A stretch of DNA of 64,000 nt from Endomicrobium sp. GTDB taxonomy: Bacteria; Elusimicrobiota; Endomicrobiia; Endomicrobiales; Endomicrobiaceae. Both the position numbers and the translations under genes were made by a program. The first letter of the stretch is position 1. The number at the start of each line of letters is the position of its first letter. Where the stretch lies: the NCBI GenBank assembly GCA_031264105.1, contig JAISEM010000023.1:8547-72546 (forward strand), given 5' to 3'. Shown one piece after another: positions 9,873 to 20,430 of this stretch. The notes beneath the pieces were generated by a model. It worked only from the letters and a program-made list of their open reading frames with translations. It ran no database searches and was not told the origin of the DNA.

Positions 9873-10982
9873 TTAGCATACATATATATCAGAGAATTTA
9901 AAGTGGTGTGCTACTTCAATAATCCCGCCACCTAAAACTACATTGTCTTTATAAAATACAGCGCTTTGCCCTGCTGCGATTGACATTTGTGGCTTTTCAA
10001 ATTCCACTTTGGCTTTGTCAATTCCTATAGGTGTTATAAAAGCTTTTGCAGGAGTATGTTGTTGACGTATTTTTACGCTTGCTTCAATAGGTGCTTTTGG
10101 TATAGGAATAGAACCCCACATTACTTTTCTTGTCATAAGTGATAAAGAGTACAAATCTTCTTTAGTTCCAACAATTACAATATTTTTTTTAGCTAATATA
10201 TTTATAACGTATAAAGGTTCTTTTGTTCCACCTGAAAGACCTAATCCTTTGCGCTTACCTATAGTGTAACTCCATATTCCGTTATGTTTTCCTAAAACTT
10301 TTCCCGTTTTATCTACAATATCTCCGGGTTTTGATGGGAATTGTAAGATATCGTTATAATCTCCACAATAAAAGTCCTGGCTGTCTGGCTTTTCGGCTAC
10401 AGGAAGTTGTATCTTTTTTGCTATTTCTCTGACTTGCTCTTTTGTAAGTTTTCCAAGAGGGAAAATGGTTTCAGAAAGGATTTTTTGATTCAATCTGTAC
10501 AAAAAATAAGTTTGATCTTTTGTTTGATCTTTTGCCTTGCATAGCTGATACATGCTTAAGGAATTGGTGAATACAATATTCGCATAATGGCCGGTGGCAA
10601 ATTTATCAAAAGTTATTCCATTTTTTCTTGCCGTTAATGGGAGAACGCCAAATTTGATATAGCCATTACACCATACGCATGGATTTGGTGTGCGTCCTTC
10701 TTTGTACTCATTTCTAAAATTGTCAATAACGACTTTTTTGTATTCTTGTCTACAATCCAAAATTTGTACAGGTATTTTAAGAGCGTCAGCTACTTTGTGA
10801 ACTGTCGCAATATCTTCATCTTCAGGGCCTAAACAGGCGTCAACGCCTTTGTTGTGTGGAACTGGAATAGAATCGTCCCATATAGACATCATTGCGCCTA
10901 CTACTTCGTGACCTTGTTCTTTTAATAAATATGCGGTTACTGCTGAATCAACGCCACCGCTTAAACCTACTAATACTTTCAT
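9873..10982 (-). CDS. mnmA: tRNA 2-thiouridine(34) synthase
   Basis: SGGVDS PP-loop, GRTPNPCVWCN, ATGHYA, KDQTYFL, GQSAVFY. Confidence 0.96.
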   Translation of the reverse strand: MKVLVGLSGGVDSAVTAYLLKEQGHEVVGAMMSIWDDSIPVPHNKGVDACLGPEDEDIATVHKVADALKIPVQILDCRQEYKKVVIDNFRNEYKEGRTPNPCVWCNGYIKFGVLPLTARKNGITFDKFATGHYANIVFTNSLSMYQLCKAKDQTKDQTYFLYRLNQKILSETIFPLGKLTKEQVREIAKKIQLPVAEKPDSQDFYCGDYNDILQFPSKPGDIVDKTGKVLGKHNGIWSYTIGKRKGLGLSGGTKEPLYVINILAKKNIVIVGTKEDLYSLSLMTRKVMWGSIPIPKAPIEASVKIRQQHTPAKAFITPIGIDKAKVEFEKPQMSIAAGQSAVFYKDNVVLGGGIIEVAHHFKFSDIYVC

Positions 10983-11011
10983 TTTTTTGTCCTTTAGCTT
11001 TTTTACAAAAA

Positions 11012-12049
11012 TTAATTGATTATCCTGCGGTAACCTTTATTTTTTGCAGCGTATCTATTTATAGATTTAATTTTATTTTCTATACAAAACCTGCAATGTC
11101 CTGGAGAATCCCCAGGACATATTTTCCCAGGATAAATTTCATAATGTCTTCTGTATTGCGTTTCTGTGGCGTTTGGCATAACTACGTTTGCTCCACACTG
11201 TAGTGCTATCAATCGTCCATTTGGATTTAGTGTTTCCATAGCTGTTGTTGCAGGAATATTTATGTCCGGCATAAGAAGTCGCAATATTGCCATAACTTTG
11301 AGCGCCAAGTCAAATGAATTACATTCAGATTTCTCAATAGGCGTACCTGGATGGTAAATAAAAGGACCAATACCGGCCATATCAACAGGTATAGACTTAA
11401 GATAAACTATATCTTTAGCTATACTTTCCAATGTTTGTCCGGGAAGGCCGACCATTATTCCTGATCCTACTTCATAACCTAATTTTTTTATATCTTCTAA
11501 ACAGTTCATTCTATTTTTTAAACTCATACATGGATCAAGCCTGTCGTAAAGCATTTCGTCTGTTGTCTCTATTCGCAACAAGTATCTATCTGCTCCTGCC
11601 TTACGATAAGCCTTATACTCTTCAAAAGTTTTTTCACCAATGCTTAACGTAACCGCAACATCAAATTTTTTTATTTCAAAAATCATTTTTGATATTATAT
11701 CTACAGTATAATATAAATCTTCTCCGGACTGTAAAACAATTGTTTTATAACCGTAATTTGCCGCTTTTTTTGCCAAATTTATTATTTCTTGGGGTACTAG
11801 ACGATATCTTATTATTTTTGTATTATCTTTTCTAATGCCGCAGTATAAGCAATTTTGCTTGCAGTAGTTTGAAAACTCGATTAAAGCGCGTAAATGTACT
11901 TCATCGCCGACATATTCTTCTCTTATTTTGTCTGCTGCAGAAAAAAGCTTATCGTTTTTTTCTGTTTTTAAAAGATATAATATTTCTCTTTCATTTAAAG
12001 AATGAAGCTTAATTGCTTTTTCTAGTATAGAAGTAATATCATTTATCAT
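11012..12049 (-). CDS. hydE: [FeFe]-hydrogenase H-cluster radical SAM maturase HydE
   Basis: RALIEFSNYCKQNCLYCG (CxxxCxxC), RYLLRIETT, GIGPFIYHPGTP, ATTAMET, GANVVMPN, YEIYPGKIC..C..C tail. Confidence 0.9.
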   Translation of the reverse strand: MINDITSILEKAIKLHSLNEREILYLLKTEKNDKLFSAADKIREEYVGDEVHLRALIEFSNYCKQNCLYCGIRKDNTKIIRYRLVPQEIINLAKKAANYGYKTIVLQSGEDLYYTVDIISKMIFEIKKFDVAVTLSIGEKTFEEYKAYRKAGADRYLLRIETTDEMLYDRLDPCMSLKNRMNCLEDIKKLGYEVGSGIMVGLPGQTLESIAKDIVYLKSIPVDMAGIGPFIYHPGTPIEKSECNSFDLALKVMAILRLLMPDINIPATTAMETLNPNGRLIALQCGANVVMPNATETQYRRHYEIYPGKICPGDSPGHCRFCIENKIKSINRYAAKNKGYRRIIN

Positions 12050-12218
12050 TTTGAATATTTTATCAAAAATTGCCGCCTTGAGCCAATTTGACTCTGACCT
12101 AACACATTCTTTTAAGTTATTATTTGCTGATCTCCGAATGTAAGAAAATTAAAGCATAAAATTATTGTAAATAGTTTTTATAACAATTGGGTCATAATTA
12201 AATCTGAAAGGTGTTTTT

Positions 12219-14469
12219 ATGAAAACAAAGTTTATGCTATTGCGATGCTTTTTAGTTTTTACAGTAATGTTTTTGCAGTTGATGCAGCCACTTTTTCGGA
12301 TTTTTCATCAAATTTTAATAATAGTAGTATAAATACAATAACAGTTCAAAATGATATAACGCTAGACCTCGTTAACCAAAGGACTAATACAATTTCTATT
12401 TTTGGAGCTACAGGAAATGAAAGGCTTACTCTAAATGCAAGTTTTTTAAGATTTAAGTCAGACTGGAATGATGACTTATACGTCATAATATCGTCGCTAA
12501 CATTTTCTCAAGGATCAAACGGCAGCATTGAATTGAGTGGAGATGGTATTGGTGCACATAACTTTCAACTCAACAGTTTGGTATTTATAGGCAATGTATC
12601 AGGTTCTAACGGTGGAGCAGTTTATTTGCACACTCAAACCCAAAGCCCACTTCCAAGCGACTTTTTTTCTTTGAACAGTTCTGTTTTTACCTCCAACTCT
12701 GCTCTATCAGGCGGAGCTTTATATATGGCCTCAAACTATTCACAAAATTCTATTTCTTTTACAATTACAACTGGATCGTTTTCCCAAAACAAAGCTTTAG
12801 CAGGAAATGGCGGAGCCATTTCTAATGAAGTTGGAGGTGGCAATACCGATAATTCATTTTCTATTTCTGGTATTTTTATTGGTAACCATGCATCTGATTG
12901 TGGTGGAGCCGTATACAGCTGTGTAGGGAAAGATGGGAAATTTCCTTATGGCGGTACCAATGTATATAATCTAAAGGGTCACTTTAAAGGCAATGGTGCT
13001 ACAAATTCAGGTAGAGCTATATATAACTACATACTCAAGTGTATATAGACAAACCGGAGGAGCCTTATTGGTAACCAATAGTTCGGAGTTTACCCTTAAT
13101 TCTTCAGGAGTTATTTCAGGAGGAGTTATAACCATAGATAACTACTCTACAATAAAACAAAGAGGCAGTAGTATATTTGGAACTAGCCTAACAATGGATA
13201 ATTATTCTTCAATTGATACCAAATCCGGATATATTATAAGCAATAGGTTCAGTGATGATTTTAATGTTGGTTCAGAAGCGATTTTTATATAGATATAAAT
13301 GCTAAAACAAAGGAAGCTGACAACTATAATTTTGGCGGTAGAATTAAAGCTATGTAATCGACAAAGAGTGGGACTATTATTGAAGTTTTTGATTTTAATC
13401 TTATTGATGGTTCTCCTGAAGATAGCAAGGTTATAGTACAAGTTTTTAGTGCAGATGGCGGAATAGACTCAAATGTTTCCTTTGTTGTTGGTAAAGATAA
13501 AGTAAACACTGCAATAGGCGTTTATAATTTTTCATCTTTAGGCGATGGGAATTATATGTTAGTCTTAGATTTTGATCAAATTAACAAACCTGCGTATAGA
13601 GATCTGGTTGCTAAAATTGCAATGCTTAATAGCCGACTTATGACGAATAACACTTTATTTGAGCATATATTTTTAGATAAAAGTAAACTTTTGAAAGATG
13701 ATGATGGAAAAAGTTTATGGGTTAAAACATATGGTGGCTATGAAGAGATGTCACTAACTAAAGATATTGAAGTAAAGAGCGAAATATATGGTTTGATTTC
13801 AGGACTTGACTTATTTATTTTAGATTTAGACAACGATTGGAAGTTTATGCCAAGTGTTTACCTAGGGAGCACTGGCTGAAATCAAAAATATTCAAACGTT
13901 AACATGAACCAAACGGCCTTTCAGCTTGGAGACATAGGAACATTTACTAAAAATAAAGTTATTGCATCAGGTCTTTTATATGGCGGTAGTTATAATAACA
14001 ATATGTCTATGGAAGGCAAAAAAGATTCTTTAAGTAACTGATTTTTTGGAGTTGTTGCAAAGTGTGCCTATAATCTAGATATAGACTTTTCTCAGATTAT
14101 AGGTATAACTTTACAGCCTAACTTTTTAACCTCTTTTACCCTTTATGGAGATACTAAATGGAATTCAGAATATGGTCAGATCAACATGAATTCAGGTTAT
14201 TTAAAAGGGTTGAATGTGGCGACTGGAATAAATTTTATTTACAATAAAGACACATGGTATATGCGCAATATAGACAACCATGTTGATACAAAAGCAGGAA
14301 ATGTTGATCTTTCTGATGTTTCTTATACAAGTCCAGGATATTTTGAGTATGGTATAGGTGGCGCTTTGCGCAAATTACAGATAGGGTGTCTGTAAATGCA
14401 GGGTTAACTTTACAAACAGGCGTCAAAGCTGACGTAGGACTCAATTTATGTGCAAATTTTGAATTTTAG
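12219..14469 (+). pseudogene. Autotransporter with Pmp-like FxxN/GGA(I/L/V) passenger repeats, multiply disrupted
   Basis: Frameshifted signal peptide; repeats FIGNVSGSNGGAVY, FTSNSALSGGALY, FSQNKALAGNGGAIS, FIGNHASDCGGAVY; beta-barrel segment LWVKTYGG..YGLISGLDL; terminal ..ANFEF*; several stops and shifts. Confidence 0.85.
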
Positions 14470-14539
14470 AATAAATGTTAATCCAAAACGGATTTGTTTT
14501 TCCGTTAAAAATAAATACCTTGTCATTTTAGTTTTGAAT

Positions 14540-14785
14540 TGAAAAAGTTCAAACGGATATTAGACATTTGAGGTAAAATAAATTTTTTGTAAATAGTTTT
14601 TTGGCGCGAACAAAAGGTACAAAAGCGCAAGCTCGAGCCGTTAATTTAGCCGACTTTGACAAAACGGCAAAAGAAAGTGAAAAGATCATTTTATTTTACA
14701 GTAAACACGGCTTTAAGACAATCCATTAACTATACACTTGCCCTTTTAAAACATCAAAATGCCTATTATGTTGTGAACTATTACA
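14540..14785. mobile_element. MITE-like element, copy 1 (internally deleted relative to copy 2)
   Basis: Homologous to 51923-52240; imperfect terminal inverted repeats TGAAAAAGTTCAAACGGATATTAGACA ... TGCCTATTATGTTGTGAACTATTACA. Confidence 0.75.
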
Positions 14786-14790
14786 AGAGT

Positions 14791-14819
14791 TTGACTATTC
14801 GGTAAAAGTTTGGCATAAT
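14791..14819 (+). promoter_or_regulatory. sigma70-type promoter of rpmE
   Basis: TTGACT, 17-bp spacer, TGgCATAAT (extended -10). Confidence 0.6.
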
Positions 14820-14861
14820 AAAGATGAGTCACGTAGCAACAAATAAAAGGAGACGTTAAAA

Positions 14862-15197
14862 ATGAAAGAGGCAATACATCCAAAATACGAAGAAAGCGTA
14901 GTTTCTTGCGCTTGCGGCTATACTTTTAAAACTCGTTCAACAAAACCTTCAATTAAATTGGAAATATGCTCAAATTGTCACCCTTTCTTTACAGGAAAGC
15001 AAAAGCTTATAGATACAGCCGGAAGAGTTGAGAAGTTCCAGAAGCGTTTTGCTAAAACTGAAGGAAAAACTGTGGTAAAGAAGAAAGCGGAAGTAAAAAT
15101 TGCAAAGCCAAGAAAGACTACTGGAAAAATACTTACGACTTCTCCAAAAAAGGCAAAAGCTGCTCCTAAAAAAGATAAAGAAGCTAAAGGTAAGTAG
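14862..15197 (+). CDS. rpmE: 50S ribosomal protein L31 (Zn-binding type) with Lys-rich tail
   Basis: [32 protein letters not shown]. Confidence 0.96.
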   Translation: MKEAIHPKYEESVVSCACGYTFKTRSTKPSIKLEICSNCHPFFTGKQKLIDTAGRVEKFQKRFAKTEGKTVVKKKAEVKIAKPRKTTGKILTTSPKKAKAAPKKDKEAKGK

Positions 15198-15211
15198 TTT
15201 TATAAATATTC

Positions 15212-15258
15212 TATGACAGAATCTTTTTTGTAAATAACAAGGTTCTGTCATATTTTTT
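15212..15258 (+). terminator. Intrinsic terminator after rpmE
   Basis: TATGACAGAATCTT ... AAGGTTCTGTCATA stem followed by TTTTTT. Confidence 0.75.
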
Positions 15259-15271
15259 GTGGACAAAAATT

Positions 15272-16342
15272 ATGTTTTTAGGGAAATTAAAATCGTTAGA
15301 TAATCAGTTTAAAGAAGTTGAAAAGCAACTAGGAGATCCCTTGGTTGTTGCTAATCAAGAAAAGTATAGAGAGCTTACAAAAGAGCACTCTTATTTGCGT
15401 CCTATAGCAGACAAATATGCTCAATACTCTAAGCTTTTAAAGGATATAAAAGATGCTGAAGAGTTGAAGAAGTCTGATGATTGTGAGATAAGAGATATGG
15501 CTTTTGCCGAATATAACGATTTAATGGATAAAAAAGACAAATTTGAGTCTGAAATAAAAGTATTGCTTATACCTCCAGATCCTAATGAAAATAAAAATAT
15601 TATTGTTGAAATTCGTGCGGGTACAGGTGGTGATGAGGCTGCCTTGTTTGTAGGTGATTTATACAGAATGTATACAAGGTTTGCTGATAGGAATGGGTGG
15701 AAACACGAAGTTATAGACTCTAATCCCACCGGTCTTGGCGGTTATAAAGAAGTTGTATTTGAAATAAACGGTGATAAAGCGTGGCGTTATTTAAAGTTTG
15801 AACGAGGCGCTCATAGAGTTCAAAGAGTTCCAGCAACGGAAGCATCTGGAAGAGTGCATACGTCAGCTGTTACCGTGGCAGTTCTTCTTGAGGCAGAAGA
15901 AGTAGACTGTGAAATAAAAATGGAAGATTTAAGAATAGATACGTATAGAGCTTCAGGTGCTGGCGGTCAGCACGTAAATAAAACAGATTCTGCTATAAGA
16001 ATCACTCATTTACCTACTGGTCTTGTAGTTGCATGCCAAGATGAAAGAAGCCAAATAAAAAATAGAGCAAAAGCTTTTAAAGTTCTAAGAGCAAAACTTT
16101 ACGAGCAAAAAGTTTTAGAACAAGAAAAACAGCTTTCAAGTGAACGCAAGCAGCAAGTAGGTTCTGGAGACAGATCTGAAAAAACCAGAACGTATAATTT
16201 CCCTCAAAATAGAATAACAGATCATAGAATTGGTTACAGTGTTTATAATATCACAGAAGTCATGGATGGAGATTTGTCTGAACTTATAAACAAATTGATA
16301 GAAGCCGATGTTGAAGCTAATCTCAAGGAAAATAATATCTAA
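15272..16342 (+). CDS. prfA: Peptide chain release factor 1
   Basis: EIRAGTGGDEA, RVQRVPATE (PxT), GAGGQHVN, RTYNFPQ. Confidence 0.97.
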   Translation: MFLGKLKSLDNQFKEVEKQLGDPLVVANQEKYRELTKEHSYLRPIADKYAQYSKLLKDIKDAEELKKSDDCEIRDMAFAEYNDLMDKKDKFESEIKVLLIPPDPNENKNIIVEIRAGTGGDEAALFVGDLYRMYTRFADRNGWKHEVIDSNPTGLGGYKEVVFEINGDKAWRYLKFERGAHRVQRVPATEASGRVHTSAVTVAVLLEAEEVDCEIKMEDLRIDTYRASGAGGQHVNKTDSAIRITHLPTGLVVACQDERSQIKNRAKAFKVLRAKLYEQKVLEQEKQLSSERKQQVGSGDRSEKTRTYNFPQNRITDHRIGYSVYNITEVMDGDLSELINKLIEADVEANLKENNI

Positions 16343-17194
16343 ATGTTAAGCGGGCAGAACGTTTATACATTATTAAAAACAGCTGAAAACTTTTTAAAAT
16401 CAAATGGATTATCCAACTCCAAATCTGATGCAGAAGTCTTATTGAGCTTTGTATTACAAATAAAGCGATCTTCTCTTCCTTTATTAAGAGATAAAAAACC
16501 TACCGATAAACAAATATCGCAATATAAAGATTATGTATTAAAGCGCTCAAAGCGTGAACCTGCAGCATATATAACAGGATTTGCCGGTTTTATGGGTCTT
16601 GAATTTAAAGTAGATAAAAATGTGCTTATACCAAGACCAGAGACTGAACTTTTAGTTGAGCTTGCATTAAAAATAGCAGACGAAAAAGATAAAAAATTTG
16701 TATTAGATTTATGTACAGGATCAGGTTGTATAGCAGTAAGTATGGCCAATCTTGGAAAGTTTGAATATCTTGTCGCTTCAGATATAAGCGTTAATGCTTT
16801 GGCAATTGCAAAAGAAAATGCACAAATTAATAATGCTTTCAGTATCAAATTTATTGAAAGCGATATTTTTGAGAAAATAACAGATAATAAATTTGATATG
16901 ATTGTTTCCAATCCTCCATATATTACAGAATCAGAATACGCTGCTCTAGATCCTGATCTTAAATTTGAACCTAAAAATGCTCTTACAGCACAAGATGAAG
17001 GTTTGTTTTTTTATAAAAAGATAGCATCAAACACACTGAAATATTTAAATGATAGCGGATATATTCTTATTGAACTAAATTCAAATAAAGTACGAGACAT
17101 ACGGCAAATATTTGTTGATAACAAGTACGTAGATATTGAAATAATAAACGATTATTCAGGTCTTCCAAGAATATTAAAAGCTCAAAGGCCATGA
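16343..17194 (+). CDS. prmC: Release factor glutamine methyltransferase
   Basis: VLIPRPETE, DLCTGSGCIA, SNPPY; follows prfA. Confidence 0.95.
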   Translation: MLSGQNVYTLLKTAENFLKSNGLSNSKSDAEVLLSFVLQIKRSSLPLLRDKKPTDKQISQYKDYVLKRSKREPAAYITGFAGFMGLEFKVDKNVLIPRPETELLVELALKIADEKDKKFVLDLCTGSGCIAVSMANLGKFEYLVASDISVNALAIAKENAQINNAFSIKFIESDIFEKITDNKFDMIVSNPPYITESEYAALDPDLKFEPKNALTAQDEGLFFYKKIASNTLKYLNDSGYILIELNSNKVRDIRQIFVDNKYVDIEIINDYSGLPRILKAQRP

Positions 17195-17258
17195 TGTTGT
17201 TATATTAGATTAGATTTTATTTTGTATAGATATTTTAAAATAAATTATTGGTACTAAA

Positions 17259-18518
17259 ATGGATAAAATAATAATACACGGTGGGGGAAAATTAAAAGGT
17301 GAAGTTGTTATTTCAGGAGCAAAAAATTCAGCGCTTCCTATTTTATTTGCAACTTTGCTTACTGATGAACCTTCTGTAATAAAAAATGTTCCTTGTCTTG
17401 CAGACATAGATACAACTGTTGAGTTTTTAAATTTTATTGGCAAAAAAACCGTTAAGAAGGGAAATATAGTAAAAACTTATGCTTCAGAAAAATATAAACA
17501 TATAGCGCCTTACGATTTGGTAAGAAAAATGCGAGCGAGTGTTTTGATAATGGGTCCATTGCTTGCAAGACTTAATAAGGTTGACGTTTCTCTTCCGGGA
17601 GGTTGTACTATAGGTGCAAGGCCTATAGACATACATTTAGACGCTTTTAAGAGGCTTGGAGCTGAAATTTCCGTTGAAGGCGGATATGTTAAAACTTTAT
17701 CTGAAAATGGACTTAAAGGTGCTGTTATAGATTTAAAGTTCCCAAGCGTTGGAGCGACTGAAAATATTTTACTTAGCGCGGTTTTGGCCAAAGGTAGAAC
17801 TACAATCATTAATGCGGCTAAAGAGCCTGAAATAGAGGATTTAGCTAATGTTTTAAATAAAATGGGAGCTAATATAGTTGGAGCTGGCACTTCGAAAATA
17901 TTTATTGATGGGGTTGAAAGTTTACATGGATTTATACATGAAGTAATTCCTGACAGAATAGAGGCAGCTACTTATATGATAGCTGCTGCTATTACAAAGG
18001 GAGACATTGTTCTCAGAAATGTTGTTCCTAATCACCTAAAGGCTGTAAGCGATAAATTAAAAAAAAGCGGTTTATCTATTAAAGAAAACACAACAAGCAT
18101 TAGGGCTCAATGGATAAAAAATTTAAAAGCTCAAAATATAAAGACAGAGGTCTATCCTGGTTTTCCTACAGACGTTCAAGCCCAATTTATGGCACTGATG
18201 TGCCTTTTAAAAGGACATTCAAAAATAGAAGAAACAATATTTGAAAACAGGTTCATGCATGTTGCAGAATTGCAAAGATTTGGAGCAAATATAACAGTAG
18301 ACTGTAAAATTGCAAACATAATCGGAGTTGAAAAGCTTTCAGGAGCGCCTGTAATGGTTTCAGACTTAAGAGCCGGATCAGCTCTTGTACTTGCAGGTCT
18401 TGTTGCAGAGGGAGAGACTGTAGTATCAAGAATTTATCACCTGGACAGAGGTTATGAAATGCTTGAAAAAAAACTTAAGAAACTCGGAGCTGACATACAA
18501 AGAAGACATGAATCGTGA
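17259..18518 (+). CDS. murA: UDP-N-acetylglucosamine 1-carboxyvinyltransferase
   Basis: SGAKNSALP, LPGGCTIGARP, SVGATEN, FPTDVQAQ, DLRAG, HLDRGYE. Confidence 0.97.
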   Translation: MDKIIIHGGGKLKGEVVISGAKNSALPILFATLLTDEPSVIKNVPCLADIDTTVEFLNFIGKKTVKKGNIVKTYASEKYKHIAPYDLVRKMRASVLIMGPLLARLNKVDVSLPGGCTIGARPIDIHLDAFKRLGAEISVEGGYVKTLSENGLKGAVIDLKFPSVGATENILLSAVLAKGRTTIINAAKEPEIEDLANVLNKMGANIVGAGTSKIFIDGVESLHGFIHEVIPDRIEAATYMIAAAITKGDIVLRNVVPNHLKAVSDKLKKSGLSIKENTTSIRAQWIKNLKAQNIKTEVYPGFPTDVQAQFMALMCLLKGHSKIEETIFENRFMHVAELQRFGANITVDCKIANIIGVEKLSGAPVMVSDLRAGSALVLAGLVAEGETVVSRIYHLDRGYEMLEKKLKKLGADIQRRHES

Positions 18519-18519
18519 T

Positions 18520-19405
18520 TGTAAAAAAATGCAAAGTTTCAAAAACAGTCAGCATCGTTTTGGAAAGATTTAGCAAGAGAGCTTCGTAATTATAAAAATG
18601 TAGTGGGTTATATGTTTTGAATGAATCTCATCCTGAAAGAATTTTTAATACGCAAGATACACGTATAGATAAAGTTAATCAAGAGCAAGTCCAAAATATT
18701 TTGTTTGAGCTTTATAATTTAATAGTTAAGTCTAGTAAGAGACGTTGACCAAAATACCACAATCGTTTTAGATAGATCAGCGCTTATGGAGATCCAAATA
18801 CTTTTAAGTATTTAAAACCTTTAAGTGATACTAACGCAATTTATTCATTTCATATGTGCGAACCTTATGAATATACAAATTACAAACACAACAAGAATAA
18901 ATATTCTTATCCTATTGCGATAGAAGGTATTAGTTGGAATAAGCAATCTTTAGAAGAATATATGATAGAAGTATGTAAGTTTCAAACAAAACATAAAATT
19001 CCTAACAATAAAATTTTAGTCGGGGAGTTCGGATGTTTTAGAAAACAAAAAGGTATAGAAAAATATTTTTGAGATTTAATTTCTATTTTTGATAAATATG
19101 AATGGCATTTTGCACTTTATGCATTTAGGGAAGACTCTTGGGATGGCATGGATTATGAGCTTGGAAGTAAAGATTTGACATGGAGTTATTGGCAAGCTAA
19201 TGAAAATGGAAAACCGTATTTATCAGATGTAGAAGTAGCTCAAACAACTGAGATTCCAGATTTAAGACACCCTGTGTTTAAAGATAAAACGGGAAATACT
19301 ATGAGTGATTTTATTCCTGAGATTGAAATCGAAGAACAAATTGATTTCGGATTGGCCGTCTATACTTTTAAATTGCATAAAAAAGAATCATTTTATAAAA
19401 TATAG
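18520..19405 (+). pseudogene. Glycoside hydrolase family 5 (cellulase-type) remnant
   Basis: FWKDLARELRNYKNVVGY / VLNESHPE (acid-base NE), IYSFHMCEP, ILVGEFG (nucleophile), WHFALYAFREDSWDGMDYELG; N-terminus missing, several shifts and stops. Confidence 0.8.
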
Positions 19406-19436
19406 TTTCGAAGTTATCTAAAGACAAGAAGGTATA

Positions 19437-20399
19437 ATGATAATATTAACTGGTGGAGCAGGATTTATCGGAAGCTGTTTTCTTTGGAAACTAAACCAGG
19501 AAGGAATAAAAGATGTTTTGGTTGTAGATCATTTATATAAAGATGATAAATGGAAGAATTTAGTAGGAAAAAGTTATTATGATTATATACAAAAAGATGA
19601 TTTTTTTAATGCAGTAATAAGCAGACATGTCCCAAAACCACAAGCAATAGTACATCTTGGAGCATGCAGTTCCACAACATTAACAGATGCAAATTATTAC
19701 ATAAAAAACAATTACGAATATTCAAAAGCCTTAGCTTTATGGGCTTTTGAGCTGGGTGTACCGTTTATATATGCTTCTTCTGCTGCTACTTATGGAAATG
19801 GCGAAGCTGGCTATGACGATGATTTATCCAAAATTAAAGATTTATCTCCTCTTAACATGTACGGATATTCAAAGCATATGTTTGATTTATGGCTTTTAAA
19901 CAATAATTACATAAATAAGGTTGTCGGAATAAAGTTCTTTAATGTATTTGGCCCTAACGAATACCACAAAGGCGATATGAGAAGCCTAATATGTAAAAAC
20001 TATAATGAAGTTTCTCAAAAAGGGCTGATAAAATTGTTTAAATCGTATAATGGAAAGTATCCTGATGGAGGGCAACGCAGAGATTTTGTATATATAAAAG
20101 ACGTTGTAGACGCGATGTACTTTTTGTTTCAAAATCCTTCAAAAACTGGAATATTTAATTTAGGAGCGGGAAAATCAAGAACATGGAGCGATGTTGCAAA
20201 AGCAATGTTTGCGGCAGCAGGGAAAAAAGAGAATATAGAATATATAGAAATGCCAGATTATTTAAAGCCTAATTATCAGTATTTTACTGAAGCAAAAATG
20301 GATAATCTAATAAAAGTTGGGTACGACAACCCTTTTATGGAATTGGAAGATTCTGTCAAAGATTATTGTTCATATCTAAAAAATAGAGCATATTTATAA
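19437..20399 (+). CDS. hldD: ADP-L-glycero-D-manno-heptose 6-epimerase
   Basis: TGGAGFIGS, HLGACSST, YASSAATYG, PLNMYGYSK, FFNVFGPNEYHKG, YQYFTEA. Confidence 0.95.
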   Translation: MIILTGGAGFIGSCFLWKLNQEGIKDVLVVDHLYKDDKWKNLVGKSYYDYIQKDDFFNAVISRHVPKPQAIVHLGACSSTTLTDANYYIKNNYEYSKALALWAFELGVPFIYASSAATYGNGEAGYDDDLSKIKDLSPLNMYGYSKHMFDLWLLNNNYINKVVGIKFFNVFGPNEYHKGDMRSLICKNYNEVSQKGLIKLFKSYNGKYPDGGQRRDFVYIKDVVDAMYFLFQNPSKTGIFNLGAGKSRTWSDVAKAMFAAAGKKENIEYIEMPDYLKPNYQYFTEAKMDNLIKVGYDNPFMELEDSVKDYCSYLKNRAYL

Positions 20400-20430
20400 A
20401 GGTTTGTCACATTATAACTTGGAGCAAGAG

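Noticed and set aside
11012-12049. Annotation as biotin synthase BioB
   Set aside because: RYLLRIET, ATTAMET and YxIYPGKIC with the C-terminal Cys cluster match HydE, and no bio genes are nearby.
12166-12177. TGTAAATAGTTT upstream of the autotransporter matches the MITE terminal sequence (also at 14588), hinting at a composite transposon
   Set aside because: Only 12 AT-rich bases and no GATATTAGAC core; chance is plausible.
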